NCBI GenBank assembly: GCA_965202805.1
Contig: OZ241869.1
Span: forward strand, 288,001 to 352,000
Reading direction: 5' to 3'
Source: Longimicrobiales bacterium
Lineage (GTDB): Bacteria; Gemmatimonadota; Gemmatimonadetes; Longimicrobiales; Gaopeijiaceae
Length of the DNA: 64,000 nt
Positions 1 to 9,959 of the stretch are shown here, in pieces. A program made the translations under genes and the position numbers. Under the pieces are notes generated by a model, which was given only the letters and a program-made list of their open reading frames with translations, made no database searches and was not told where the DNA came from. The stretch's first letter is position 1; every line of letters starts with the position of its first letter.

Positions 1-810
1 CGCGCCGAACTCTCCGACACGGAGGAGCTGGTGGCCGGTCGCTGGTGGGATGACGATGCCGCCGCGGGCGACAACGGCGACGGCCCGCCCGACGGCCTCT
101 CCCTCGACGCCGGTCTGGCCGACGACCTGAGGGTAGGGATCGGCGACCGCATCACCTGGGATGTCCAGGGCGTCCCCGTCACCACCACGGTGGAGAACCT
201 CCGCCGCGTCGACTGGGAGCGCTTCGACATCAACTTCCTGGCTGTCGCCGAGCCCGGCGTCTTCGACCAGGCCCCGCGCAGCTACCTGGGCCTCGCACGC
301 ATCGTCGACCCCCAGGCCCGCGCGCGCATGCAGCGCAACCTGGTCCTCAGCCTCCCGAACGTCTCGGTGCTCGACCTGGCGCTCGTCCAGGAAGCCCTCG
401 ACACCATCCTCGGCCGCGTGGGCGGGGCCATCCGCTTCCTCGCCCTCTTCATCGCCCTCGCCGGCGTGGTCGTGCTCGTGGGCTCCCTCTCCACGTCCCG
501 CTATCAGAGGATGCGCGAGAGCGCCCTCCTGAAGACGCTCGGCGCGCGCCGCTCGCTCGTCCGCCAGGTCCTGCTCGCGGAGTACACCAGCCTCGGGGTG
601 CTCGCCGGGCTGACGGGCGCGTTGCTCGGCGTCTGCTCCGCGTGGGCGCTGGTCGAGCTCTTCTTCGAGCTCGACTTCCAGCTGCCGCTCGGGCGCGTGG
701 CGGCCGTCTGGCTGGTGGTGGTCGCGCTGACCGTGGTTACCGGGTTCGCCAACAGCCGGGGCGTCCTCCGCCGCACGCCGCTGGAGACCCTGCGGGAGGT
801 GGTGGAGTAG
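1..810 (+). CDS. ABC transporter permease, FtsX/YbbP-like (5' truncated by window edge)
   Basis: Open frame from the window start. Motifs 'IGDRITWDVQG', 'NLRRVDW..FDINF' and 'RMRESALLKTLGA' followed by three TM helices match the C-terminus of FtsX-type permeases. Confidence 0.85.
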   Translation, partial: RAELSDTEELVAGRWWDDDAAAGDNGDGPPDGLSLDAGLADDLRVGIGDRITWDVQGVPVTTTVENLRRVDWERFDINFLAVAEPGVFDQAPRSYLGLARIVDPQARARMQRNLVLSLPNVSVLDLALVQEALDTILGRVGGAIRFLALFIALAGVVVLVGSLSTSRYQRMRESALLKTLGARRSLVRQVLLAEYTSLGVLAGLTGALLGVCSAWALVELFFELDFQLPLGRVAAVWLVVVALTVVTGFANSRGVLRRTPLETLREVVE

Positions 811-828
811 ACCAGCCGATTTCCGCGC

Positions 829-2046
829 TCAACCCCACTCCAGCTCCAGCATCCGGTTCCAGGGGATCACCTCCGTATCGTTCCGCCGATACCGGGAATC
901 ACCGCCGTACACCAGGCGTTGCTCGACGCTCTGTCCAGCTTCGTCCAGAGAGGCGGCAAGACTCCTCAACCCGGAAAAGAAACGGGGGACGATGGTCGTC
1001 GCCGACTTGGCCTCCGCGAGGATCGCCCGCAACCCGAGGGCGGCGACGAGATCGACCTCCGTCCCCGGGGCTCGATAATGTCCCAGGCGGGGCTCGCGGC
1101 CCCGATGCGCGATGGCCTTGAACACCTCCGATGCCACCCAGCTCTCGAAGACCTGGCCGCGCAGCGGATGGTGGCGCAGCTCCTCCGGAGATCTGATGCC
1201 CAGCAGGTGACAGACGAGCCCGGAGTCGAGGAAGTGCAACTTGGGCGCCTTGATCTGGCGCTTGCGGAGGTTGCGGCGGAAGGCGGGGACCCGGATGACC
1301 AGGAAGCTCGCCTCGAGAACCGACAGCCATGCGCGGGCGGTATTGTGGCGGATGCCCGCATCTGCGGCGAGCGCGGACAGGTTGACCTCGGTCGCGGTAC
1401 GCCCCGCTGCCAGCCGCACGAATGCCGAGAACGCCTCGAGGTCGGTGACGTTTCGCAGGGACCGCACATCGCGCTCGATGTAGGTGGTGAAATAGTCGCG
1501 CAGCCACACGTCCGGCGGGATTCCCCGGTGATGGATGCGCGGGTAGGCACCGGTCCAGAGGCAATCCAGGAGTTCCGGGCCGGGCCCTCCGAAGCGGGCC
1601 AGTTCGTTGAATCCCGGAGGCAGCAGGTGAAGCACGCCGACCCGTCCGGCGAGTGACTGGCTCACCGCCTCGCTCAGCCCGAAGTGCTGCGAACCGGTCA
1701 ACACGAAACGTCCGGGAGCGGGATCGCGGTCGACCTCCTCCTGCAGGTACGATGTCAGGTCGGGCGCGCGCTGCACCTCGTCGATGACCGCTCCGCCGCG
1801 GTACTCATGCAGAAAGCCGCGCGGATCTTCCCGGGCATGGGCACGCACGTCCATGCCCTCGAGGGAGATGTACGGTCGGTCGGAGAGAAGCGTGCGGCAA
1901 AGCGTGGTCTTGCCCGATTGCCGGGGGCCGGTGACGGTGGCGACCGGGTAGTGGCGCAGTCGCTCGCGCAGAGGTCCGGCCAGGTCGCGCTCGATGAATG
2001 GCGGCTCACGCGGAGGAGCGACCGGATCGCGCTCGATGGACGGCAC
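829..2046 (-). CDS. AAA+ ATPase with DUF4143 (AAA_14 + PD-(D/E)xK-like C-terminus)
   Basis: Walker A GPRQSGKT, Walker B IDEVQR, 'FVLTGS', 'KAPKLHFLDSGL', 'EVDLV...AEAKS'. Confidence 0.9.
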   Translation of the reverse strand: MPSIERDPVAPPREPPFIERDLAGPLRERLRHYPVATVTGPRQSGKTTLCRTLLSDRPYISLEGMDVRAHAREDPRGFLHEYRGGAVIDEVQRAPDLTSYLQEEVDRDPAPGRFVLTGSQHFGLSEAVSQSLAGRVGVLHLLPPGFNELARFGGPGPELLDCLWTGAYPRIHHRGIPPDVWLRDYFTTYIERDVRSLRNVTDLEAFSAFVRLAAGRTATEVNLSALAADAGIRHNTARAWLSVLEASFLVIRVPAFRRNLRKRQIKAPKLHFLDSGLVCHLLGIRSPEELRHHPLRGQVFESWVASEVFKAIAHRGREPRLGHYRAPGTEVDLVAALGLRAILAEAKSATTIVPRFFSGLRSLAASLDEAGQSVEQRLVYGGDSRYRRNDTEVIPWNRMLELEWG

Positions 2047-2130
2047 CTGGAGGCCTCCTGTTTCGGCAACGGGTCGCGGCCTCTTGACGAGGATCGGAGG
2101 AGATGTCCGAGAGAATCGTGGCGAGTCGGA

Positions 2131-2161
2131 TGCAGATTGTCAATCAAAATGACAATCTGCA
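2131..2161. promoter_or_regulatory. Perfect 12-bp inverted repeat (candidate operator) upstream of the DUF4143 ATPase
   Basis: TGCAGATTGTCA-N7-TGACAATCTGCA, an AT-rich stretch in a GC-rich background, ~85 nt upstream of the minus-strand start. Confidence 0.55.
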
Positions 2162-2227
2162 ATTTGCGCGAATCTCCGAGTGTCTGCCTCTCGGTCCACG
2201 CGCTACCTGAGCCCTGTCGGCGGGTTG

Positions 2228-3403
2228 CTACGCCCCCGCCCGCGCGTACGCCCGCAGCCGGTCGCTCGCCGTCTCCAGGCTGGCGATGCGCTTGCAGAAG
2301 ACGAAGCGCACGTAGGTGCTGTCCCCGGCCTCCACGTTGAAGAAGCTCGACCCCGGCACCGGAATCACTCCCGCGTCCCGCGCCAGCGAGCGCGAGAAGG
2401 TGTCGTCGTCCTCGTCCGAGAGATCCGAGAAGTCGGCCATGATGTAGTACGCGCCTTCGGGAGCCGAACAGCGGAAGCCACCTTCGAGCAATCCCTGGTA
2501 CAGGACTTCCCGCTTCGCCAGGTAGCTCTGCTTCAGCTCGTCGTAGAACTCGGGCCCCAGCGCGTTCATCGCCGCCGCGACCCCCTCCTGCAGCGGGGCG
2601 GGTGCGCCCACGGTCAGGAAGTCGTGCACCTTGCGGATCTCGTCGGTGAGGTCGGCGGGGGCCACGATGGTGCCCAGCCGCCAGCCGGTCACGCTGTAGG
2701 TCTTGGAGGCGCCGGATACGGTGACGGTGCGCTCGCGCATGTCCGGGAGGGTGGCCAGCGGGATGTGCTCGCCCTCGTAGTAGATGTGCTCGTAGATCTC
2801 GTCGGTGAAGGCGAGGATGTCGTGACGCCGGCAGATGTCGGCAACCCCCTCCAGTTCCGCTCGGTCGAAGACGCGTCCGGTGGGGTTGTTGGGGGTGTTG
2901 AGGATGATGGCGCGGGTGCGCGGGGTGACGTCCGCCTCGAGGCGTGCAGGGTCCAGCCGGAACTCCGGCGGCTCAAGCCGATGGAACACGGGCGTGGCTT
3001 CGCACAGGATGGCGTCCGGGCCGTAGTTCTCGTAGAACGGCTCCAGCACGATCACCTCGTCGCCCGGGTTGATGACGGCGAGCATGATGGACGCCATCGC
3101 CTCGGTGGCCCCGCAGGTGACGGTGATCTCGCGCTCGCCGTTCACCTCCATCCCGTACCACTCGCGGTACTTGCGCACCAGCGCATCGCGGTAGCGCGGC
3201 GATCCCCAGGTGATCGCGTACTGATTGATGTCCTCCTGGATGGCCTGGCAGGCGGCGTCCTTGATGACCTGCGGCGCCGGGAAGTCCGGGAATCCCTGGG
3301 CCAGATTCAGCGCCCCGCACTCCTGCGCGACGCGCGTCATCTCGCGGATTACCGACTCGGTGAAGAGGCGCGTCCGGCGCGCCGTGCGTGGCTTCTGGGT
3401 CAT
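2228..3403 (-). CDS. PLP-dependent aminotransferase class I/II (YbdL/kynurenine-aminotransferase-like)
   Basis: 'NLAQGFPD', 'NTPNNPTG', 'DEIYE', PLP lysine motif 'SKTYSVTGWRLG'. Confidence 0.9.
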   Translation of the reverse strand: MTQKPRTARRTRLFTESVIREMTRVAQECGALNLAQGFPDFPAPQVIKDAACQAIQEDINQYAITWGSPRYRDALVRKYREWYGMEVNGEREITVTCGATEAMASIMLAVINPGDEVIVLEPFYENYGPDAILCEATPVFHRLEPPEFRLDPARLEADVTPRTRAIILNTPNNPTGRVFDRAELEGVADICRRHDILAFTDEIYEHIYYEGEHIPLATLPDMRERTVTVSGASKTYSVTGWRLGTIVAPADLTDEIRKVHDFLTVGAPAPLQEGVAAAMNALGPEFYDELKQSYLAKREVLYQGLLEGGFRCSAPEGAYYIMADFSDLSDEDDDTFSRSLARDAGVIPVPGSSFFNVEAGDSTYVRFVFCKRIASLETASDRLRAYARAGA

Positions 3404-3551
3404 GGTGCCTGACTGCTCGCTGGAGTGTGCCGTATCCCGGTCCCGTGGGGCGCCCGTCCCGGCCTGGCGGGCACCCCTCCGCGCACATCGGCATCAGCCT
3501 TCACGCGGCGACGCTGCAAGCTCTGTGGCGAGCGGTGGATGGGCAAGGGCA

Positions 3552-3692
3552 GACGAGGCAGACGAGGCGTTTCTCGTGTACGGCGGCGAGGAGCGCTACC
3601 CGGCAAAGGGCGGCATCGAGGCCATCGGACTGCGCGAAATGGCGGCGGAACTGGCGGGCCCGGGTTCGTCCGCCTCCCGCTTGCAGCCCTGA
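3552..3692 (+). pseudogene. C-terminal remnant of a DUF4143 AAA+ ATPase
   Basis: Frame reads 'EAFLVYGGEERYPAKGGIEAIGLREMAAELA', resembling the C-terminus of the intact paralogs in the window ('LVYGGDSRY', 'LLYRGSERL'). No upstream ATPase body is present. Confidence 0.6.
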
Positions 3693-3804
3693 TCCCGCAC
3701 CGGGCATATTGCCAGCACCGCCGGAGGCGTCGGGGAAGCCCGTCACACCCGCGCGGCAACGGGTCCGCCAGCCGGATCCGGTCCACCTTCGGCAGGTCGG
3801 GAAC

Positions 3805-5889
3805 ATGTTCGGTCTACGGATCATTCGGGCTCAGGAAGGCGCGCACGGAGTTGCCGTTCTCGCGCTCTTCGCCATCGTCTTCATCCTCGGCGGCGCTCCG
3901 GCTGCCGCGCAGCAGACCCCCTTCGGGGTCGACGACGCCATCAACCTCACGCGGGTGTCCGACCCGCGCATGTCACCGGACGGGGAACGTGTGCTGTTCT
4001 CGCGCTCCGAGCTGGACTGGGACGAGAACGAGCGCATCACGTCGCTCTGGATCGTGAACGCGGACGGCACGGACGCCCGGCGCTTCACCGGGGAGGACGG
4101 CGACTCCGGAGCGCGCTGGTCCCCGGACGGCCGCTGGGTGGCGTTCCTGCGGTCGAGCGGCGACGGGGAGGAGCGCAGGCGGCAGGTATTCCTCATCCGC
4201 ACGGACGGCGGGGAGGCGCGGGCGCTGACCGGGCACGCCACCTCGGTGCGGTCGTTCGAGTGGGGCGATGCGGGCTCGATCTTCTTCCTCGCCAACGACT
4301 CCCTCCCCGACGACGAGGAGGAGCGCCGCGAGGACGGCTACGACGCCATCTTCGTCGACGAGGCGCCCAACGGGCAGACGCGCGGCGAGTGGTCAAGCCT
4401 CTGGCGCATCGGCCTGGACGCGGCCGGGGAAGCGGACGCCGAGGCGCGCCGGCTCACCAGCGGCAACCTGCGCATCGGCCAGTTCGCGGTCGCGCCCGGG
4501 GCGGAGCGCGTCGCCTACACCTACCGCCACGAGAACAGGCGCAACGACGGCTATCTCTCCGAGATCGCGCTGCTCGACGTGGCCAGCGGCGAGACCCGCG
4601 ACCTGACCGACAACGAGGCGCCGGAGAGTTCGCTGGCGTGGTCTCCCGACGGGACCCGGCTCGCCTTCGGCGCGCCCGACCTCGAGACCTGGGAGCTCGA
4701 CCAGGGCAACCTGTACGTCATGGACGTCGAGAGCGGCGACGTGCGCCAGATGGCGCCCGACATGATGGTGGACATCCGGGGTACGCCGCAGTGGCATCCC
4801 TCCGGCGAGGCCTTCTATTTCGCGGGGCTGGACCGGACGGTCGCCCACCTGTACCGGCTTGACGCCGAATCGGGAGCGTTGGAGGCCGTCTCCTCGGGGG
4901 ACGGCATCCTCTCCGCGCCCAGCTTCTCGGCGGACTTCACGCGCTATGCCTTCACGCACAACACGCCTACCGCTCCGGGCGACATCTATTCCGCGCAAGT
5001 GGACGGGGGCGCCCACACCCGCCTCACCGAAGCCAACCCGTGGATGGCGGAGCGCCAACTGGCCGAGCCCGAGGTGGTCCGGTGGACCAGCCGCGACGGG
5101 CTCCCCATCGAGGGCATCCTCTACCGCAGCCTCAATCCCGAGGCGCAGTCGCTGGTGCTCGAGATCCACGGCGGGCCGGCGGGCGTCTTCACCCGCGGCT
5201 TCGACGCCGACGCACAGATCCTGGCCGCCGCGGGATACTCGATCATCCAGCCCAACGTGCGCGGCTCCTCCGGCTACGGCGATGAATTGCTGCGCGGCAA
5301 CATGAACGACATCGGGGGCGGGGACTACGACGACGTCATGACCGGGGTCGACCACGTGCTGGGGACCGGCGTCGCCCACGCCGACTCGCTGGCGGTGAAA
5401 GGCTGGAGCTACGGCGGCATCCTGGGCGGCTGGACCATCACCCAGACCGACCGCTTCAAGGCGGCGAGCCTGGGGGCGATGGTGTCGGACTGGCAGAGCG
5501 AGTTCGGGACCGGCTTCCACTTCGACGTCCTGCGCTGGTACCTGGGCGGCGACCCGTGGTCGAACCGGAACCACTGGCTCGAGCGCTCGGCCTACTCCCA
5601 CCTCGACCAGGTGACCACCCCGACCATCCTCTTCCACGGGGAGCGGGATCGGACGGACACCATGGCGCAGTCGATGAACTTCTTCGCGGGGCTGACGCAT
5701 CTCGGCGTGGAGAGCCGCTTCATCCTCTTCCCGCGCGAGGGCCACGGCATCTCCGAGCCCCGGCATCATCGCACGCGCCTGGTCGAGGAGCTGCGCTGGC
5801 TCGAACTCTATGTGCGCGGCAACGCGGACTGGGAGGCGCCGGAGCGTCCCGAGGAAGAAGGGAAGCCGCTTCCCGTGACGGATGATTGA
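3805..5889 (+). CDS. Secreted S9 family peptidase (PD40/WD40 propeller + alpha/beta hydrolase)
   Basis: Signal peptide ending AAAQQ, WSPDG repeats, 'IHGGP', nucleophile GWSYGG, 'HGERD', 'FPREGH'. Start placed at ATG 3805. Confidence 0.92.
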   Translation: MFGLRIIRAQEGAHGVAVLALFAIVFILGGAPAAAQQTPFGVDDAINLTRVSDPRMSPDGERVLFSRSELDWDENERITSLWIVNADGTDARRFTGEDGDSGARWSPDGRWVAFLRSSGDGEERRRQVFLIRTDGGEARALTGHATSVRSFEWGDAGSIFFLANDSLPDDEEERREDGYDAIFVDEAPNGQTRGEWSSLWRIGLDAAGEADAEARRLTSGNLRIGQFAVAPGAERVAYTYRHENRRNDGYLSEIALLDVASGETRDLTDNEAPESSLAWSPDGTRLAFGAPDLETWELDQGNLYVMDVESGDVRQMAPDMMVDIRGTPQWHPSGEAFYFAGLDRTVAHLYRLDAESGALEAVSSGDGILSAPSFSADFTRYAFTHNTPTAPGDIYSAQVDGGAHTRLTEANPWMAERQLAEPEVVRWTSRDGLPIEGILYRSLNPEAQSLVLEIHGGPAGVFTRGFDADAQILAAAGYSIIQPNVRGSSGYGDELLRGNMNDIGGGDYDDVMTGVDHVLGTGVAHADSLAVKGWSYGGILGGWTITQTDRFKAASLGAMVSDWQSEFGTGFHFDVLRWYLGGDPWSNRNHWLERSAYSHLDQVTTPTILFHGERDRTDTMAQSMNFFAGLTHLGVESRFILFPREGHGISEPRHHRTRLVEELRWLELYVRGNADWEAPERPEEEGKPLPVTDD

Positions 5890-5898
5890 GCTAGTATA

Positions 5899-5934
5899 CA
5901 GTAGATGTCAGTAGAGTTACCAGTAGATGTCAGT
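5899..5934. repeat. Intergenic direct repeat CAGTAGATGTCAGT x2 (22-nt period)
   Basis: Exact copies at 5899-5912 and 5921-5934, upstream of the BNR/VPS10 gene. Confidence 0.7.
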
Positions 5935-5977
5935 CACGCTTGTCTCCCGCTCTCCCGCGCCAAGTAGAGGTACCGCG

Positions 5978-8900
5978 ATGTTTCGCATGAGATGGATCAA
6001 CCTGACGTTCCTTTCGGCAACGATCATCAGCACCATGCCGGCAAGCGCCCAGAGCGTCGCCCCGGAGCACTTCGCCGTTATGCAGGCGCGTCCCATCGGG
6101 CCCGCGGGGATGAGCGGACGCGTGTCCGACGTAGAGGTGGTGCTCTCGAACCGGAACGTCATCTTCGTCGGCTCCGCCAGCGGAGGGGTGTGGAAGTCCG
6201 ACGACGGGGGCCACGTCTGGCGTCCCGTCTTCGACGACCAGCCCGTGGGCAGCATCGGGGCCGTGGCCGTCTTCCAGCCCAACCCGGAGATCGTCTGGGC
6301 GGGCACCGGGGAAGGGAATCCGCGCAACAGCGCCGGGGTCGGCAACGGCATCTACAAGAGCGGCGACGGCGGCGAGAGCTGGGCCCACATGGGGCTCGAG
6401 GACTCGGGGAAGATCCATCGCGTGCTCACGCACCCGTCCGATCCCGACATCGTGTATGTCGCGGCGCTCGGGCCCACGTGGCGCACGGGCGGGGAGCGTG
6501 GGGTCTACCGCACGCGCGACGGGGGCGAGACCTGGGAGGCGGTCCTCGAGTCGAACGAGCGCAGCGGCGCGGGCGAGCTGATCATGGATCCGGTCAACCC
6601 GGACAAGCTCTTCGCGGCGCTCTGGGAGCATCAGCGCTGGCCCTGGGCCTTCGAGTCGGGAGGGCCCGGAAGCGGGCTCCATGTCACCCGCGACGGGGGC
6701 GACACTTGGACGCAGCTCACTGCGGAGGACGGGTTGCCGTCCGGGAACCTCGGCCGCATGGGGCTCGCGATCCCCACGGAGCATCCCTCGGTGGTGTACG
6801 CGCTGGTGGAGGCCGAGCGGAGCGAGCTGCTGCGCTCCGACGACGGCGGCCGCAGCTGGAGGACCATCTCCGACGCGCCCGGGGTGGCGCCCCGGCCCTT
6901 CTACTACGCGGACCTGCGCGCCCACCCGTCCAACGAGAACCGCATCTATTCGCTCCACGGAGCCGTGACGATGTCCGAGGACGCGGGCCGCACCTTCACC
7001 ACCGTGGTGCCCAGCGCCATCATCCACGGCGACATCCACGAGCTCTGGATCGACCCCGACGACCCGAGCCGGATGATCCTGGGCAACGACGGCGGCATCG
7101 CCTTCACGTATGACCGCGGGAGGAATTGGCGCTTCGTCGAGAACCTGCCGCTCGCCCAGTTCTACCACATCGAGGTCGACGACGAGATCCCGTTCAACGT
7201 CTACGGCGGCCTCCAGGACAACGGTTCCTGGTGGGGACCGTCGGACGTCTGGGGCGGGCGCGGGGTCATGAACGCGCACTGGCACCGGGTGGTGAGCGGG
7301 GACGGCTTCGTGGGGGCGCCGGATCCGAGCGATCCCCGTTACGGCTACTCGTCGTCGCAGCGCGGCAACCTCCAGCGCTTCGACAGGGTCACCGGCCAGC
7401 GCAAGGCCATCCGTCCCGCGCATCCCGAGGGCGAGACGCTCCGCTTCCACTGGAACGCGGCCTTCGCCACCGACCCCTTCGACTCGACCACCATCTACAT
7501 CGGCAGCCAGTTCGTGCACCGGAGCCGGGACCGGGGCTCGAGCTGGGAGATCATCTCGGGCGACCTGACCACCAACGACCCGTCCAAGCAGCAGGCCCAC
7601 CTGAGCGGCGGCCTCACCATCGACGCGTCGGGGGCCGAGGAACACACGACCCTCCTGACCATCGCGCCCAGCGCGCTGGAGGAGGGGCTGATCTGGGTGG
7701 GGAGCGACGACGGCCGCGTGCACGTGACCCGCGACGGCGGCGGTTCGTGGACCAGCCTCGAGGCCAACGTGCCGGGCGTGCCCGAGGCCACCTGGATCCC
7801 GCACATCGAGCCCGGCAAGCACGATCCCGCCACCGCCTACATGGTCTACGACGACCATCGCCGCGGCAACTGGACGCCCTACGTCTACCGCACCGGGGAC
7901 TACGGGGCATCGTGGCAGTCGATCGCGAGCGACGACATCTTCGGCTTCGTACACGTCATCGAGGAGGACCCGGAGGAGCCCAACCTGCTCTTCACGGGGA
8001 CGGAGTTCGGGCTGTACGTGAGCCTCGACCGCGGCGCGAGCTGGTGGAAGCACCCCGGCGTGCCTCCCACCCCGGTGCGCGACATCGTGGTGCATCCGCG
8101 CGACGGCGACCTGGCGCTGGGCACGCACGGGCGCGCGGCGCTGGTGGTCGACGACGTGCGTCCCCTGCGGGCGCTGGCGGCCGATCCCGCGGTGGCGGCG
8201 CGGCCGGTGGAGGTGATGCCGGTCGCCCCGGTGCGCCAGCACACCCAGTCGGAGGGGATGGGGCTCACGGGATACCGTTCGGTCGGCCACACCATGTTCA
8301 TCGGGCCCAGGCGGCCGTACGGCGCCCTGATCCACTACTGGCTGGCGCCGGGCGAGATGGTGGCGGGCGCCGAGGTGCAGATCGCCGACGGCGGCGGGGC
8401 GGTGGTGCGGACCCTCATGGGCACGACCGACCCCGGCCTCAACCGGGTGGTGTGGGACCTGCGCGACGAGACCGGAGGCGGCGGCATCGAGGTGATGCCG
8501 GGCACCTACTCGGTGCGGGTCAACGCCGGCCCCGGTTCGGGCGCGCAGACGCTCGAGGTGCTCCCCGACCACCGCTTCCCGTACGATCCGGACGCGCGCG
8601 CGGCCAAGATCGCGGCGCGCAGGGAGGTCGTCGGCTGGATCACCACCGCGAACGAGGCGCAGGACCGCCTGGAGCGCGCCCTCGACGGGCTGGACGTGGT
8701 GCTCGCCACCCTGGCGGACGACGACGCCCTGAGCAGCGAGGGCCGCACCGTGTCCGAGGTCGTGCGCGGGCTGCTGGAGCTCCACTTCACCGGCCCCGAG
8801 TGCCAAGGCGGATGCGGCGGTCAGGCGACGGTGCGCCACGTGCAGGCCGCCGCCGGCCCGCTCGCCAGCTCCTGGGACCTTCCCACCCCCAACGAGCGTC

Positions 8901-9052
8901 AGGCGATGAACAACGCCCTGACCGCGCTGGAGACCATCCTCGACGACGTCAACGCCGTATTCCAGGGCGACGTGGCGCGCTTCCGCCAGCGGCTGGAGGC
9001 GGTCGGGTTCACGCTGTTCCCGCCTGAGGGGCCGCTGAGGCTGATGCGGTAG
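5978..9052 (+). CDS. Secreted BNR/Asp-box (VPS10/sortilin-like) repeat protein, putative glycosyl hydrolase
   Basis: Signal peptide, 'RPIGPAGMSGRV', many SxDGGxxW Asp-boxes, 'VYGGLQDNGSW'. Confidence 0.88.
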   Translation: MFRMRWINLTFLSATIISTMPASAQSVAPEHFAVMQARPIGPAGMSGRVSDVEVVLSNRNVIFVGSASGGVWKSDDGGHVWRPVFDDQPVGSIGAVAVFQPNPEIVWAGTGEGNPRNSAGVGNGIYKSGDGGESWAHMGLEDSGKIHRVLTHPSDPDIVYVAALGPTWRTGGERGVYRTRDGGETWEAVLESNERSGAGELIMDPVNPDKLFAALWEHQRWPWAFESGGPGSGLHVTRDGGDTWTQLTAEDGLPSGNLGRMGLAIPTEHPSVVYALVEAERSELLRSDDGGRSWRTISDAPGVAPRPFYYADLRAHPSNENRIYSLHGAVTMSEDAGRTFTTVVPSAIIHGDIHELWIDPDDPSRMILGNDGGIAFTYDRGRNWRFVENLPLAQFYHIEVDDEIPFNVYGGLQDNGSWWGPSDVWGGRGVMNAHWHRVVSGDGFVGAPDPSDPRYGYSSSQRGNLQRFDRVTGQRKAIRPAHPEGETLRFHWNAAFATDPFDSTTIYIGSQFVHRSRDRGSSWEIISGDLTTNDPSKQQAHLSGGLTIDASGAEEHTTLLTIAPSALEEGLIWVGSDDGRVHVTRDGGGSWTSLEANVPGVPEATWIPHIEPGKHDPATAYMVYDDHRRGNWTPYVYRTGDYGASWQSIASDDIFGFVHVIEEDPEEPNLLFTGTEFGLYVSLDRGASWWKHPGVPPTPVRDIVVHPRDGDLALGTHGRAALVVDDVRPLRALAADPAVAARPVEVMPVAPVRQHTQSEGMGLTGYRSVGHTMFIGPRRPYGALIHYWLAPGEMVAGAEVQIADGGGAVVRTLMGTTDPGLNRVVWDLRDETGGGGIEVMPGTYSVRVNAGPGSGAQTLEVLPDHRFPYDPDARAAKIAARREVVGWITTANEAQDRLERALDGLDVVLATLADDDALSSEGRTVSEVVRGLLELHFTGPECQGGCGGQATVRHVQAAAGPLASSWDLPTPNERQAMNNALTALETILDDVNAVFQGDVARFRQRLEAVGFTLFPPEGPLRLMR

Positions 9053-9259
9053 GGGGGGAGGGGGCAGGGAGCCAATGCGCAACGACAGGTAGACACAGGG
9101 AAAAGACAACGCTACGGCAGCACGGTTTGCCTATCTTTCGCTCCGCGTCCAAGGCAAACTGAGACGCGAGAGAGGAAATTCCTCTTGACGGAGCAGGAGG
9201 GCGGCCCATTATCGGCTAAATCCTGCTCTGGCTTCGCGAACCAGTCCTAGCGAGATGTC

Positions 9260-9832
9260 GTGAGTGATCGTAGCGTTCTCACGGAGGGAGTATCGTGCCA
9301 AGAAGACGTTGAGTCCTATCTGCGCGCCTGTCCCGGACCCGCTCTGGCTGAGAAAGGTCTTCGCTTGGCAGCTTATCAGCGAGTCACAGGAATCCCCTGG
9401 CTGCAACCGCCCGCCCTCTCACGCGATGGGAACGACAGAAACGTCAGGCTGCGGGGAAGTGCCGGACGATACCTACGGTCCATCTCGGATGTCGCCACCA
9501 GGCTTCACTGTCAGCCCCGCTATCTGTCGGATGCCGCGTTGCGACGCGGCTACTCCTACTCGAGGGCTTTGCGATGGCTGCGATTCTTCCACGGTTTGTG
9601 TTTGAGAGATGCCCAGACTCCCGTGCTCGACATGGTGTGGTCGCTCGGGTTCAGCGACCCTGCCGGTTGGACCCGCTTTACGAAGGCGTTGGTCGGCAAG
9701 ACTCCCCGCCAGATTCCCAGGGCGCCGATGGAGTTCTGGGCCAGAATGGCCATCGAGGATGTCTACTTGGCTAGGAGAATCCGGATCGGTAGAGACCAGA
9801 GAGAGCGCCAATTCATGGGAGACGACAAGTAG
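9260..9832 (+). CDS. AraC-type helix-turn-helix transcriptional regulator (short, no recognisable sensor domain)
   Basis: 'SISDVATRLHCQPRYLS' and 'MVWSLGFSDPAGWTRFTKALVGKTP' fit the AraC second-HTH pattern (LGFSDxxxFxRxFKxxxGxTP). Start uncertain. Confidence 0.7.
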   Translation: MSDRSVLTEGVSCQEDVESYLRACPGPALAEKGLRLAAYQRVTGIPWLQPPALSRDGNDRNVRLRGSAGRYLRSISDVATRLHCQPRYLSDAALRRGYSYSRALRWLRFFHGLCLRDAQTPVLDMVWSLGFSDPAGWTRFTKALVGKTPRQIPRAPMEFWARMAIEDVYLARRIRIGRDQRERQFMGDDK

Positions 9833-9959
9833 TCAGGAAGGTGGCGACGCGCGAGATTCGAGCGAGGTGGGGTGCATTAGCCCCGCCTACTCACTGCAGA
9901 AAACCGGTTGGACCTCCCAATTCAAGCGGGGGCCCGCGGCTGGTAGCGTATCAGCGCAT

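Noticed and set aside
2228..3403. Aminotransferase as EgtE substitute
   Set aside because: It is 17 kb from egtB and belongs to a common standalone family; there is no linking evidence.
5930..9109. Very long antisense or alternate-frame ORFs (e.g. 5930-9109 -, 22591-25509 -, 40558-42702 -, 45825-47846 -, 58260-60923 -)
   Set aside because: They are shadows of real genes caused by stop-codon scarcity in high-GC DNA. They are Arg/Pro/Gly-rich with no motifs.
9260..9832. AraC-like gene as the missing qhpR
   Set aside because: It lies >40 kb from qhpA in a separate islet and lacks a sensor domain.
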